64,000 bases of DNA from Geosiphon pyriformis uo1 (lineage: Eukaryota > Fungi > Glomeromycota), in the NCBI GenBank assembly GCA_016748015.1, contig JAAOMT010000436.1, positions 1,941,511-2,005,510 on the forward strand, in the 5' to 3' direction. Positions 41,131-51,760 of this stretch are shown here, one piece after another. The position numbers and the translations under genes are program-made. Positions within the stretch are counted from its first letter, which is position 1; each line of letters starts with the position of its first letter. The notes below the pieces were generated by a model. It ran no database searches, was not told where the DNA came from, and saw nothing but the letters and a program-made list of their open reading frames with translations.

Positions 41131-41775
41131 TGTTATGAGTTGAAGTAACAAGTTAATGAATAGCAAGGAAGAACAGAATTATAGGGTAATGAAAGGAATC
41201 AAAGAGAATTCAACTTCAAAGAGTGAATTAAATGAGTATGGATTCAATGTGCAAGATCAGTTTCATAAAATATTTCAGTTGCTATACTTTTCAAAAGATA
41301 ACCAAAAATCTGAAGGTAGAAAGATAGTCCATACTATTAACAAATGATCATGCCTGGTATAATTTTATGCCTCACATTGGCACTTTTAGAATTTAATATC
41401 AGGTATCAAATATACTCTTCAGTCATATTTTATTTAATAATCTTCAAATGCTGCAATTACACATTTCAGGAAAAAGATAAGGAATAACCAACAAGTGATT
41501 TTTTATTCCAAAATGTTTAAATATTTGAAAGTAGGGAAAGAAAAATTTAGTAATAAGAAAAAGATTGAGATAAAAGTTGTTATTTTATTTATTTGATTTC
41601 TTTGATTTCTACATGCTTTTTTTACTGCTAAGAGATTCATTACTTATATAGCTATCAAAAAGTGGTTAATGATCAGGTTAATGATTACTTTCTAAAAATA
41701 GAGTGGCTAATTTATATGATATCAGTGGCTAATACATGTGATAATTAATAAGAAGTATAAGTTTCAACTATAACA
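41131..41775 (-). repeat. 5' LTR of family C element
   Basis: TGTTA...TAACA; direct repeat of 33427-34058 with one extra ~13-bp unit. Confidence 0.92.
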
Positions 41776-41779
41776 ATAT

Positions 41780-42060
41780 TATAATTAAGACCAGATTTGA
41801 CTAAAAAAATTTCTTTTTCATTATTAGAATATTTAATATTGTTTATTAAAACTTTTTTTTTTAAGAGAAAATATTATTAACAGAATCATGAAAGGCTCTT
41901 TTGAGTAGTTTTTTTTAGACATATTACTACTTAAAGTAATCTTTAAGTTTATTACAAAGGATTATTAGCTTGAAAAATATTAAAAAAAATACAACTAGAA
42001 AAATTAAAAAACTTTTTTTTTGAAGAAAAATATTCTTTGAGAAATTTTTTTTTATATTTT
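41780..42060 (-). mobile_element. 5' remainder of the LINE split by element C
   Basis: The ORF1-like sequence continues across the ATAT TSD from 33426; the right boundary is approximate. Confidence 0.55.
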
Positions 42061-42452
42061 TAATAATATATATGTATTTATTAATTAATTTGACTTTTTT
42101 TTACAAATTATAAATATTTATTTTAATTAAAAAAAGAATAAAGCTTAATATTTTTTTAAGAAATTTTATTTATATGAATTTTAATAATATATACAGTATT
42201 TTTTTCAATTAAAGCAAATTATTTAAAAGTCACTAAATTAATTTAATAAGTTACAATTCAATTAATAAAATTTTAAAAAAGCTAATTATACAATTGTTTT
42301 TAAAATATTAACTGAAATTTTTTAACAATTATTTTTTAAATTTATATTTTTTTAATTAGTTGTTTTATTTTTTTATTTTTTTATTTATTTAACAAGTGAG
42401 GTTCAAACACAGCCTAATACTATACATTAATAAATTAATCTAAACTAGGTAT

Positions 42453-43462
42453 TGTTACTGGAGGTTTTTGGTCTCTTTTCTTAAATGTTGTAAATGTCTG
42501 TTGGTTGCAAATTCATATTTTCTAGAAGTAGTTGAACCTTCAGTACTGAATTTATCTTCAAATTATTTCCTATAATTTGAACTGCTGGGTTTATAAGTGA
42601 AATGGCCAATTCCTTGCCAGTTACTTTATGTAGTTATATTGTAGTAAATGTCAACTCTTTCCCAGGAATTGCTCATCTGGAAGCTTACTAAAAATGTGTA
42701 GTTACTTTGCTGTGAAAGTTAACTCTTCTACAGGAATCTTGTCTGTAGACTACCCTAATGATTATAATAAAAAAATAAAAAAAATATAAAAGAAATGTAA
42801 AAGAAATTGAATTCTGTCAAGGGAAACGTTTTCTATCCAGGCCTGGAGTCACTAACAGTTTACTGAAATTGGTAGTTAATCAATTTCAAAACATTAATTG
42901 GGTTTTGGGGATTTTCCAAGTGCAATAATTAAAGAATTTGGTTTTTCAATTTATTTGATATTTATTTCTTTTTGTGTGTGTAGGAATGGTTCTAAGTGAT
43001 AAATCTAAAGTAAGATACATTTTCTTGAAGAGAAAAGCTCTTCTTTTATACAACTTGTTGTAGTACTAATCTATGAACTTGCACTTTTTCTCTTTGCTCA
43101 AATTTCGGCGAACTAAAGATATATTTTGATGGACTACAAGTTATTTCGCTGAACTATTGATTAATTTGGGTGAACTATTCATAATTTCGGCGAATTTCTA
43201 TAAATTTCGGCGAATTTTTTATAAATTTCGGCGAATTTCTGTAAATTTCGGCGAATTTCTGAATGTTACAAAGTTCAGGGTATTGTGTAATTTGATCATC
43301 CTACTTTTTGTTATACTAATTGGATTATTTAATTGAATCGTGATATGTGATAATTGATTAAATAATAAATGATAATTTGAAATGATATTAATATACTAAT
43401 TAATTATAGGAATTATAAGGGTAATTTCATGCTAATTAATAGCTAAAATTCTACTGGTAACA
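42453..43462 (-). repeat. Solo LTR, family B (1010 bp)
   Basis: TGTTA...TAACA termini, perfect GTAT TSD on both sides, direct repeat of 50103-51072. Confidence 0.93.
43101..43260. repeat. ~20-bp tandem array (8 units) with TTCGGCGAA core in LTR-B U3
   Basis: Units start near 43101, 43121, 43141, 43161, 43181, 43201, 43221 and 43241; five have an intact TTCGGCGAA. Confidence 0.9.
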
Positions 43463-43487
43463 GTATGAATTATGTATTTTTTACACA

Positions 43488-43510
43488 TGATCAGCCACTC
43501 AAGCTGATCA
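43488..43510 (-). other. LINE 3'-UTR stem-loop
   Basis: TGATCAGC-cactcaa-GCTGATCA, a perfect 8-bp stem with a 7-nt loop. Decayed versions occur in the other LINE tails. Confidence 0.65.
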
Positions 43511-46500
43511 AGACAACAATAAGCACCTATGTAAACAAAAACAGGGCTCCCAATATCTGAAAAAAATAAACAAGACCTACAAAAACCAAAACCAACACCA
43601 AATGTCTCATTAATTCCTAGCAATTTAACCATACCAGCAGAAAACATTGAAAACAGCCCAGAAACTAAATCCAAAACTGACTTATCACATGGTATTAGCC
43701 TATTTTTTTCCATAAAAGCATGATGTTTAGTACAGACCAACCAAATTTTTTTCCTAAAAGCAAGACAGAAGTCATACATAAAGTCCACAATCTTCTGATC
43801 TGCAATCTTAGAATTTTTGAAAACAGATACAGTCTTCTGAAGCCAATCTTTAAAAACAAAGTTCTTGTAAAAAGCTGTATATACTGTAGCATTCAAAACA
43901 CAAGAGAACAATAATTGTGACACACATAAAAAAGAAAGGAAGAGACCAAAAAGTGCATACCAAACAGTCATATGGATATTCAACAACTAATAATGAACAG
44001 AAACATCAACCATACAAGAAAAAGCATGATCAGAAATCCCAACATTGCCACAATACAAACACAACACACTAGAGTAACACTTGTCATATAGATACTTCTA
44101 AACAGCAACTGGCAATCAACAATGCAAAGCTTTCATAAAGTACATACAAGTGCCAGCAATAATCTCACTAGTAAAACCAGCAGCCATATGTGAGTCAGAA
44201 TGTCACACTAAAAATAAGCTAAGCCAATCAACATCTAAGAACAAACTATTATTTAACATTCTAGATTCAGAACCAATTTTTTAGCATGTATGATGAATAG
44301 ACCAAAAGATTCCATAAACAAAATATCTAGAATTACCAGAAACAATACTACCTTCAGCCAAGACACAATGTTCCTTCAAATTGAGAAGAAGACACCAGGA
44401 AAAAAGAGAAATATTATTGGCAAGTGCATTAGCACATTTGTTACCAAAGATGCCTAAGTGACCTTTAACTTTGTACTAGCTAACATTTAAATTCTTTTTT
44501 CTAATAATGTTTATGATGTGCTGACACTTAACCCAATACTGATTCCAAAAATCTGGATGTATCAAACCCAATTCTGATTTGCACACATCCAGAGCAGCTT
44601 GACTGTCTGTAAAAAAGTGAACCAAGCTAAGAAAGGGAACAAATTCAAAAGTCAATACAATAGTCTGCAACTCTGCCAAAGTAGAAGACAACAAACCAAA
44701 AATCCTAACCCCTAAACCTAAGTTCATATTTCCAAAAAAAACTGTTGTACTAGTTCTTACATTAGCACTTCACAAGTTCTTCAGAGATCTGTTTATATAG
44801 ATAGAAAGACTATTAGCCATAATATCTAACAAGTGACTATAAACATGCTTGAACTTACTAGACTTCAAAATACTTAAAAGTCCAAAACTATACAAAGAAA
44901 AAGAGCCAATAGAAAAAAAAGCTACACTATTAAGAAAATTAATAAAAATCTTAAATCAATCAGAAACAAAACTATGCAGGTCCAATCTTTTCTAATGCTT
45001 GAAGATTTTTCAATTAAAGATAGCATTCTTCCAATTATAAAGCTGCTTCATAAAAGCTATGCCATATTACTGAAGTAAAGAGAGAAACCTAAAGAATATA
45101 GACTCATCAAACACAGTTAACATAGGAGTTCCATTTTGAAAACAAAAAGAATTGACCATTGGACCACTTAAGGACAAATTGTAACCAAGAAAAATACAAA
45201 CCACACCTGCCAAAAAATTATTAGATAAATTGACTTTAATGTGAGCTAAAGAATTCAAAAGATGAAGTGGATGCCAACTCAGAGTTTATAAGTCAAAAGA
45301 TCTGTATAAAAACAAACAACCCAAAATTCCAACAGAGTTTACAAAACACACAACAGAAGCCACTTTGCTTTCAGTCTAGACCTGCTTAAAAGTTTTCAAA
45401 CTATACAATAAAGGATGGTAAAGTGCATTACTGGGAAAGTCAAGTGGCAGACCAGATTTCAATTTCAAGCTCTTGTAAATTAAAGCATCCCACTTTTCAC
45501 ATACTTTAACAGGAATAAAGCTGAACTGCATCTTGTATTTAACAATAAGATAGAAAACAGTTGACATTAAATATGAGAATTGTTTATCTGAAATGGTTTT
45601 TTTTAGTATAAGATTGGCAAAAAATCTGATATCCAAATGTGTCTTAGCCAAACTAGACTTCAACAAACTTTTGGTAGACAAAAAAATACCCAGATAATAA
45701 TAAGACTCTTCTTTTCTGACAATGGAAATAGACAAACCACTAATTAACAAAGAAAAGCATTCAACTTTGCAATTGATAGAAATGACTACTGTTTTGTCAT
45801 TATTAATGAAAATGTTATTAATTCTAAAAAATTCATTAGCAATATTGAGAATATGTTGTGTTATAATTTAACTATTATCAATTTAGATCATATTATCAAC
45901 AAAAGCACTAGCAGCAAAAAAAAACATCAATTCAGTCTGAAATTCCACATAACCAGTTCTAGCAACAAAATGAAAATTCAACCTATATCTACACACACTT
46001 TTCTGTCTCTTGACTTCACATAAAAGAAGATCATAAAAAATGCACCAAAAAAGAAATAAGAACACCTTCTCTTAGTCCAAACTATCATGCACTTAATATC
46101 CATCTAACAATCCAAAATTAGTTATAATTTTGTTAACACAATCATTGTGAATGTCTCCAAAAAACCTAATGAACTTGTCACATATTTTTATTCTAACCAA
46201 GCTTTTTTTAAGATACTCTTAATCAACAGAATTGTAGGTCTTTTATATGTTTTGCAAAACCAGTCAGAATTCACAGTTCTTTTTTAAAGCATTCTTAACA
46301 ACCAAACCAATGGCAAAAATAGAAGATTGCATTGTTATACTCTTTAAAACTAAGAAATTGTTCTCTTATAAAACATCAAAAGTGCTGCATGCCAAAGAAA
46401 TCCTATTTAAGAAAATCTTGAAAAGGATTTTGCAGGTAGTTTCAATTAAAGCAATAGATTAGACATTCATAAGAACTTCCTTCCACTCATATGATTTGGG

Positions 46501-46590
46501 AATTATTAAAATTCAAGCTTCCTTCTAAGCATTGCAATTTTTTTAAGAATTTTTTTTTATAGTTAATAAAAATATAATTGAGTTATATAT

Positions 46591-47445
46591 TGTTACAGAT
46601 GATTAATTGGGGTCTCAATGCAAATAACAAACTCATAACTTGGTGCTCAATTGATATGATAATGTTAATTTCTGAAGATTGTTTATATCTGAAGGTTTTT
46701 GTTGATTGAGTCCTTTGTATAATAAACAGAGATTCAATTGTTGTCTTCTCAGTAGCCTCCTAGAATCGCAATTTTGTCAAATTTCTTTCTCAGCATAGTG
46801 GCCAGTAATCTGGCAGAGATGCTCTTCTGGTAAGCTATTCTTTAATTCTCAATGTTATATCCTTCCTTTGAGGTCTTTTACCAGACTATCTTTGACATCA
46901 ATAACTCAGTGCTTTTACTTTTCAATCAATTAGTCAAACAACAGAAATAACAAAAAATAATAATAAAAGAGAACAAAAAAAATAAGCCAAGACAATAAAT
47001 GTTAGTATCCTATCAATAGCCATGATCAAAAGCTATTGTTCTAGTGTAATTAAGTATTAATTATTATCAAAATGAAGTATTAATAGTGGGAAGTGGATTT
47101 GAGATATTGAATGATTATTTATTAATATTTTGTGATGTGGAAGATTGCTTAGATTAAATCTAAACTGAGAAGTCTGTCTTTTCTGCTTCTAATACTACTG
47201 TTATATATACCTAATTTATGTTCTATGAGATTGCTCACATTCTTGAATGATGTGTTATGATTTCTTGAGCAATGCTTACATTGCTAAACAATATGCCCTA
47301 ATTTTCTAACATTACTTTACATTGCTGAGCAATGTGCTGTAATTCCTAATATTGTTCTATATTGTTAAACAATGTGCTTATGTGTTAACTACTACTCTCT
47401 TATTGGTCTGCTATTTTTTTATAACTGTTTTTTTTATGAGTAATA
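46591..47445 (-). repeat. 3' LTR, family A
   Basis: Direct repeat of 61450-62304, followed by the PPT complement ttatctccttctttt. Confidence 0.93.
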
Positions 47446-47458
47446 TTATCTCCTTCTT

Positions 47459-48094
47459 TTAATATTGAGCTCTGTTAAAATTCTCATTTTGAATTATGTT
47501 GAATACTTCTTTTTCAAGTAGTGTTTGTTTTACCCTACTTTTTATTTTTTCAATTTGTGAGTTGTTTATTCTTCCCTATTGGTTGATGATTATTGTTTCC
47601 ATGTTAAAGTGTAACAATACTTCTGGGTAGTTTTGAAATATAGTGTGTAGTCAATAAATAATCCTAATGTGTAATGTCAAGTTTGTTTTTTTTCTAATAA
47701 TGTCTTCAATGTTTCAGATTATTTTTTGATTGAAAATTCTCTTGGCTTTGTCAAAATATAACTTTTGAATATCTACTTTTTGTCCCAGTTAATAGTAGCA
47801 GTATGGTATTAGAAGTTGGTTTATTCATTGGTTCCAATTTTTTTTCATTGGTTTTTCTGATGGAACAATGATAGTTGTCTTTCCAAAAGTGTCTTTTACT
47901 TTCTCTACTATTTTATCTGACCAGTTTATTAATTGTTTTTGTGGTCGCTAGTATGGTGTACTTTTCCCTTTTTGTTTGATGTTTTAATAACAAATTGTTT
48001 GATTGTTGATAATAATTTTCATGTTTACTTGCTGTTGACTTATGGCCTGAAACAATTGTTGAACTAAAGTATAAATATAGTCTGGTATTTCCAT
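47459..48094 (-). pseudogene. ORF3 of gypsy family A (212 codons, several transition-derived stops)
   Basis: Manual translation: MEIPDYIYTLVQQLFQAISQQQVNMKIIINNQTICY*..PYCYY*LGQKV..IRIYY*LHTIFQ..INQ*GRINNSQIEKI. No frameshift; not in the ORF track in this frame. Confidence 0.7.
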
Positions 48095-50102
48095 TTTTTT
48101 TTGTTGCTTTTGTTGCATTGACCATGTCTTTATATACTCTTTTGGTTTGTTTAATTTAATGTGTTTGTTTCAATAATTATAATTGGTTCCAGATCTTGTG
48201 GAATTTCATTTGGTTGAACTAGTATTCTCTGTACTCCTAATTGTAGAATATTATTGGTGGATGATAATATTATATAGTGATATGATTTTAGTCAATTACC
48301 ATGTGCTGCTTTGGCTAAGATTTTGTTGTTTCATTTTAATTTATAAGTTCTATTTCCTAGAATTTTTTCTATGTAAAATAATTCATCTCATTTGGTGTCA
48401 AATTTTCTACTCCATTGTTTTTCCACTTTGGTATGATATAAAAGTACTTTGTCTTCAATCTTGAATTCAACTGGTTTATCTGGTAGTTGGTTATTGTGTC
48501 TTTCTTTTTGTTTTTCTTGTGATTTTTGGATGTTATCAGCTGCTTTTTACCATTTGTTTTCTAGCATTTCCATTAAGTCATATGTTCTTCTTAACAATGT
48601 TTCTTGGAAATTATCTTCTGTTATTGGTTCTGTTGAATATGTATTGACTTTTATCTCAACTGGTAATATTGCTGTTCTACCATATATTAATTCAAATAGT
48701 GTTGCTTGTGTAGTATCTTGTTTCATTGTCTAATAAGCAAATAATACTAATGGTATGAATAAATCCCATTCATCTTGGTTTTTTTGGCTGATCTTGACTA
48801 TCACTTCACACAATATTCTATTGAATTTTTCGACTAGTCCATTGGTTTGTGAATGATATGATGATGATAATAGTCTCTTTATTCCAAATCTTTGACTCAG
48901 TTTTGTTAATGTTCTATTCACAAAATGAGTTCCTTGGTTGGATAATAATTTTTTTGGACATTTGTGTCAACAAATCAGATCTTAATAAATGAATTCAGCA
49001 ATGAATTTTGCATCCACTCTTTGAATTGCTTTTGTTTCTGGCTATTTAGTAAAATAATCCATGACTACTGCAATATGTCTGTTGTCTTTGCTGGTAATTG
49101 TTAATAGTCTAACTAAGTCAATTCCAATATAATTAAATAATTGTCCTACTTTTATCAGTCTCAATAGTTTACTGGATCTGGTTTCTTCTCTTCTTTAACA
49201 AACATCACAATTTTGAACATATTAAATGATATCTGGATACATTAATGGTCAATAGTATCTTTTCCTGGTTCTTTTCATGGTTGCTTCTTTATGAAAATAT
49301 CCTGCTATTGGATCTAAGTGCATGTTGAACAATATTGTTTCTTTCTCTGGTTCTGTAATTACTCTGATTGATTGATTTGGATTTCTTTTGTTTTTTTGGT
49401 AAAGTATATTTTGATGGTTGATAAAATATTTTGATTGTTGTTTTATGTTATTTTGTTTTTTTTGAGATAATTTCTCTTTGAACAATTGGATATTTATATA
49501 ATATTGAAGTTGTTAGTATTTTTGTATATTCATCTTTTTGTTATATTTTTGAGTTAAAATGTTCTTAGATTTGTTTCATTCTTGACAATCTGTTAGCATT
49601 TCCATTTTTTTTTCTTTTTTTGTAATGTATTGTATAATTAAATGGTGAAAGTTCTATTTTTCATCTAACATAACAATTATCTCCAAATTTTTACTTCTGG
49701 ATTGAAGTCAATTCTTTGTGATCAGTATAAACATTAAATTTTTGACTCAAGTATTCTTTCCATTTGATGACAGCCTAATAGATAGCTAAGTGTTCTAATG
49801 CTAGTGTTCCATAGTTTCTTTCAGCTGAACTTAAGCTTCTATTGGCATAAGCTACTGGGTGTTCTTGTCCATCCAGCTCTTTTTAAGATAATACAGCTCC
49901 TAATGCTTGGCCAGATGCATCAGTAGTAATGATGAATAGTTTGCTGTGGTTTGGATAGATTAATACTGAAGCTTGAATAAGTTTTCTTCTTAGTATGTTA
50001 AAGGCTTTTTGTTGAATTTCAGTCCATTCATATTTGGTGTTCTTTGTTTGAAGTTGATGTAGTGATTGAGTTATTTTGGAAAAGTTTTTAGTAAAATAGC
50101 AG

Positions 50103-51072
50103 TGTTACCAGAGATTTTTGGTCTCTTTTCTTGAATGTTGTTAATGTTAATTTGCTGTGAATTCACATTCTTAGAAAGTAGTTGGACCTCTAATAACTGA
50201 ATTTATTTTCAAATTATCTTCTATAATTTGAACTGCTGGGCTTATAAGTAGAATGACCAATTCCTTGCCAGTTACTTTATGTAGTTACATTGTAGTAAAT
50301 GTCAACTCTTTCCCAAGAATTGCTCATCTGGAAGCTCACTAAAAATGTGTAGTTACTTTGCTGTGAAAGTCAACTCTTTTACAGGAATCTTGTCTGTAAG
50401 CTACCCCAATGATTGTGATAAGAAAAGAAAGAAAAATAAAAGAAATGTAAAAGAAATAAGATTTTATTAAAGGAAACGTTTTCTATCCAGGCCTGGAGTC
50501 ACTAACAGATTATTAAAATTGGTAGTTAATCAATTTCAAAATGTTAGTTGTGTTGAGGAAATTTCAAGTATAATAATTTAAAGATTTGGTTTTCGAATAT
50601 TTAATTTTTATTTGAATATATAAAAGGTGATTTGTTTTAATTAAGATATCTAAAGTAAGATGCTATGGTAAGATACTATAAGAAGATACATTTTTTTGAA
50701 GAGAGAAGCTTTTCTTTTATACAACTTGTTGTAATACTAATCTTTGAACTTGCACTTTTCTTTTTGCTATAATTTGGGTAAACTAAAGATACATTTCGGC
50801 AAACTACAAGTTATTTCACTGAACTATTGATTATTTCGGCCAATTTTCATTAATTTCGGCGAATTTTAACTATGTTAAATGGTTCAGGGTATTGTGTAAT
50901 TTGATCATCTTAATTTCTAGAGTACAAATCGGATTATTGATTGAGTAATGATATTTGATAATTTGATTAAATAATAAGTGATAATCGAAATAATAATAAT
51001 ATATGCTAATTAATAATAGAAATTATAAGGGTAATTTCATGCTAATTAATAGCTAGAATTCTACTGATAACA
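50103..51072 (-). repeat. 3' LTR, family B
   Basis: TGTTA...TAACA; matches 42453-43462; followed by the PPT complement taatctcctcctcaag. Confidence 0.93.
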
Positions 51073-51760
51073 TAATCTCCTCCTCAAGACTGAGCTCCGT
51101 CCAAGTCCAAGTACTATCTGTAATGTTAAGATAGTGGTCCAAGATAATTGAAGTAATCTGGTCTGAAAATTGTTGAAATTTCAGTTCTGTGAGCTTTCCA
51201 ATATATTGAATCTTCATTGGGTAGAGTATTGGGTTTTGCAGGACGTTTTCACAAGTATTGAATAAATTATAGAGTCTAAATGCTGCTCTAAGTTTGTAGC
51301 AAGTGTTTGTTGATTCAGCTGTTGTCTTGAATTCATTGTGAATTTGTTTTTGTATAGTCTTAGAAGTAATGTTGGTTGTTTTAAGTTCTAGTTTTCGTTC
51401 ATAAAGTGTTTTTCCAATATGAAAATATCTATATATAAGAGTATGTTCATTGTTCTGTTTATTAAGAAATAGTAGAAGTTTTTGTTATATTGTAGCATTT
51501 GGTGGAATGTCAATAGAAGCAAATAAAAAATTTTCTTTTAGTGCTTGCTTCAAAAGTTCTGGTAATTGATTTCCAGAGTAACTTTTTGTTTTTCTTTTAT
51601 AGAGGTGATAATTATGAGAATTATTTACTACTGGGGCTGTGGTTTTTTTCTGAATGTAATTAATTTGACTTCTATTAATCGTTATAGATAAGTCAGGAAG
51701 TGTTTTCAAAGCTAACATTAATTTTTGGAATATTTGTTGAATATTTTGGGGAATAATCAT
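51053..51760 (-). pseudogene. ORF3 of gypsy family B (236 codons, one internal TAA)
   Basis: MIIPQNIQQIFQKLMLALKTLPDLSITINRSQINY.. then, past a single stop at 51485-51487, ..IYRYFHIGKTLYERK..AAFRLYNLFN..KIQYIGKLTELKFQQF..ELSLEEEIMLSVEF*, ending inside the LTR. Confidence 0.75.

Larger units (their letters stand above)
33427..41775 (-). mobile_element. Full-length Ty3/gypsy LTR retrotransposon, family C (gag, PR, RT, RH, IN, ORF3), degenerate
   Basis: LTRs 33427-34058 and 41131-41775, ATAT TSD on both sides, PBS 41108-41124, PPT next to 34059. gag 39525-40620 with CCHC knuckle; PR 38064-38780 (LILNS); RT 36877-37242 (FGLTNAPSTFQ, VYLDN); IN ~34800-35990 (GIDVV, TEYLTKWVE). Confidence 0.93.
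42388..46540 (-). mobile_element. 5'-truncated LINE (RT, RNase H, C-terminal region, 3' tail) with a solo LTR-B in its 3' UTR
   Basis: RT motifs (IPKSYEWKEVL, LQNI*KTYNSV, AFVDN, YYYLGIFLS), RNase H (TLAELQTI, FTDSQAALD, KVKGHLG..GN), ORF 43432-43986 C-terminus, 3' tail at 42388-42452 plus 43463-43515. Confidence 0.88.

Noticed and set aside
43101-43260. Regularly spaced palindromic repeats as a CRISPR array
   Set aside because: The period is ~20 bp with no unique spacers, the array lies inside an LTR, there are no cas genes, and the context is eukaryotic.
43432-43986. 184-aa ORF as an independent gene
   Set aside because: LINE ORF2 C-terminus reading through a lost stop into the 3' tail and LTR-B.
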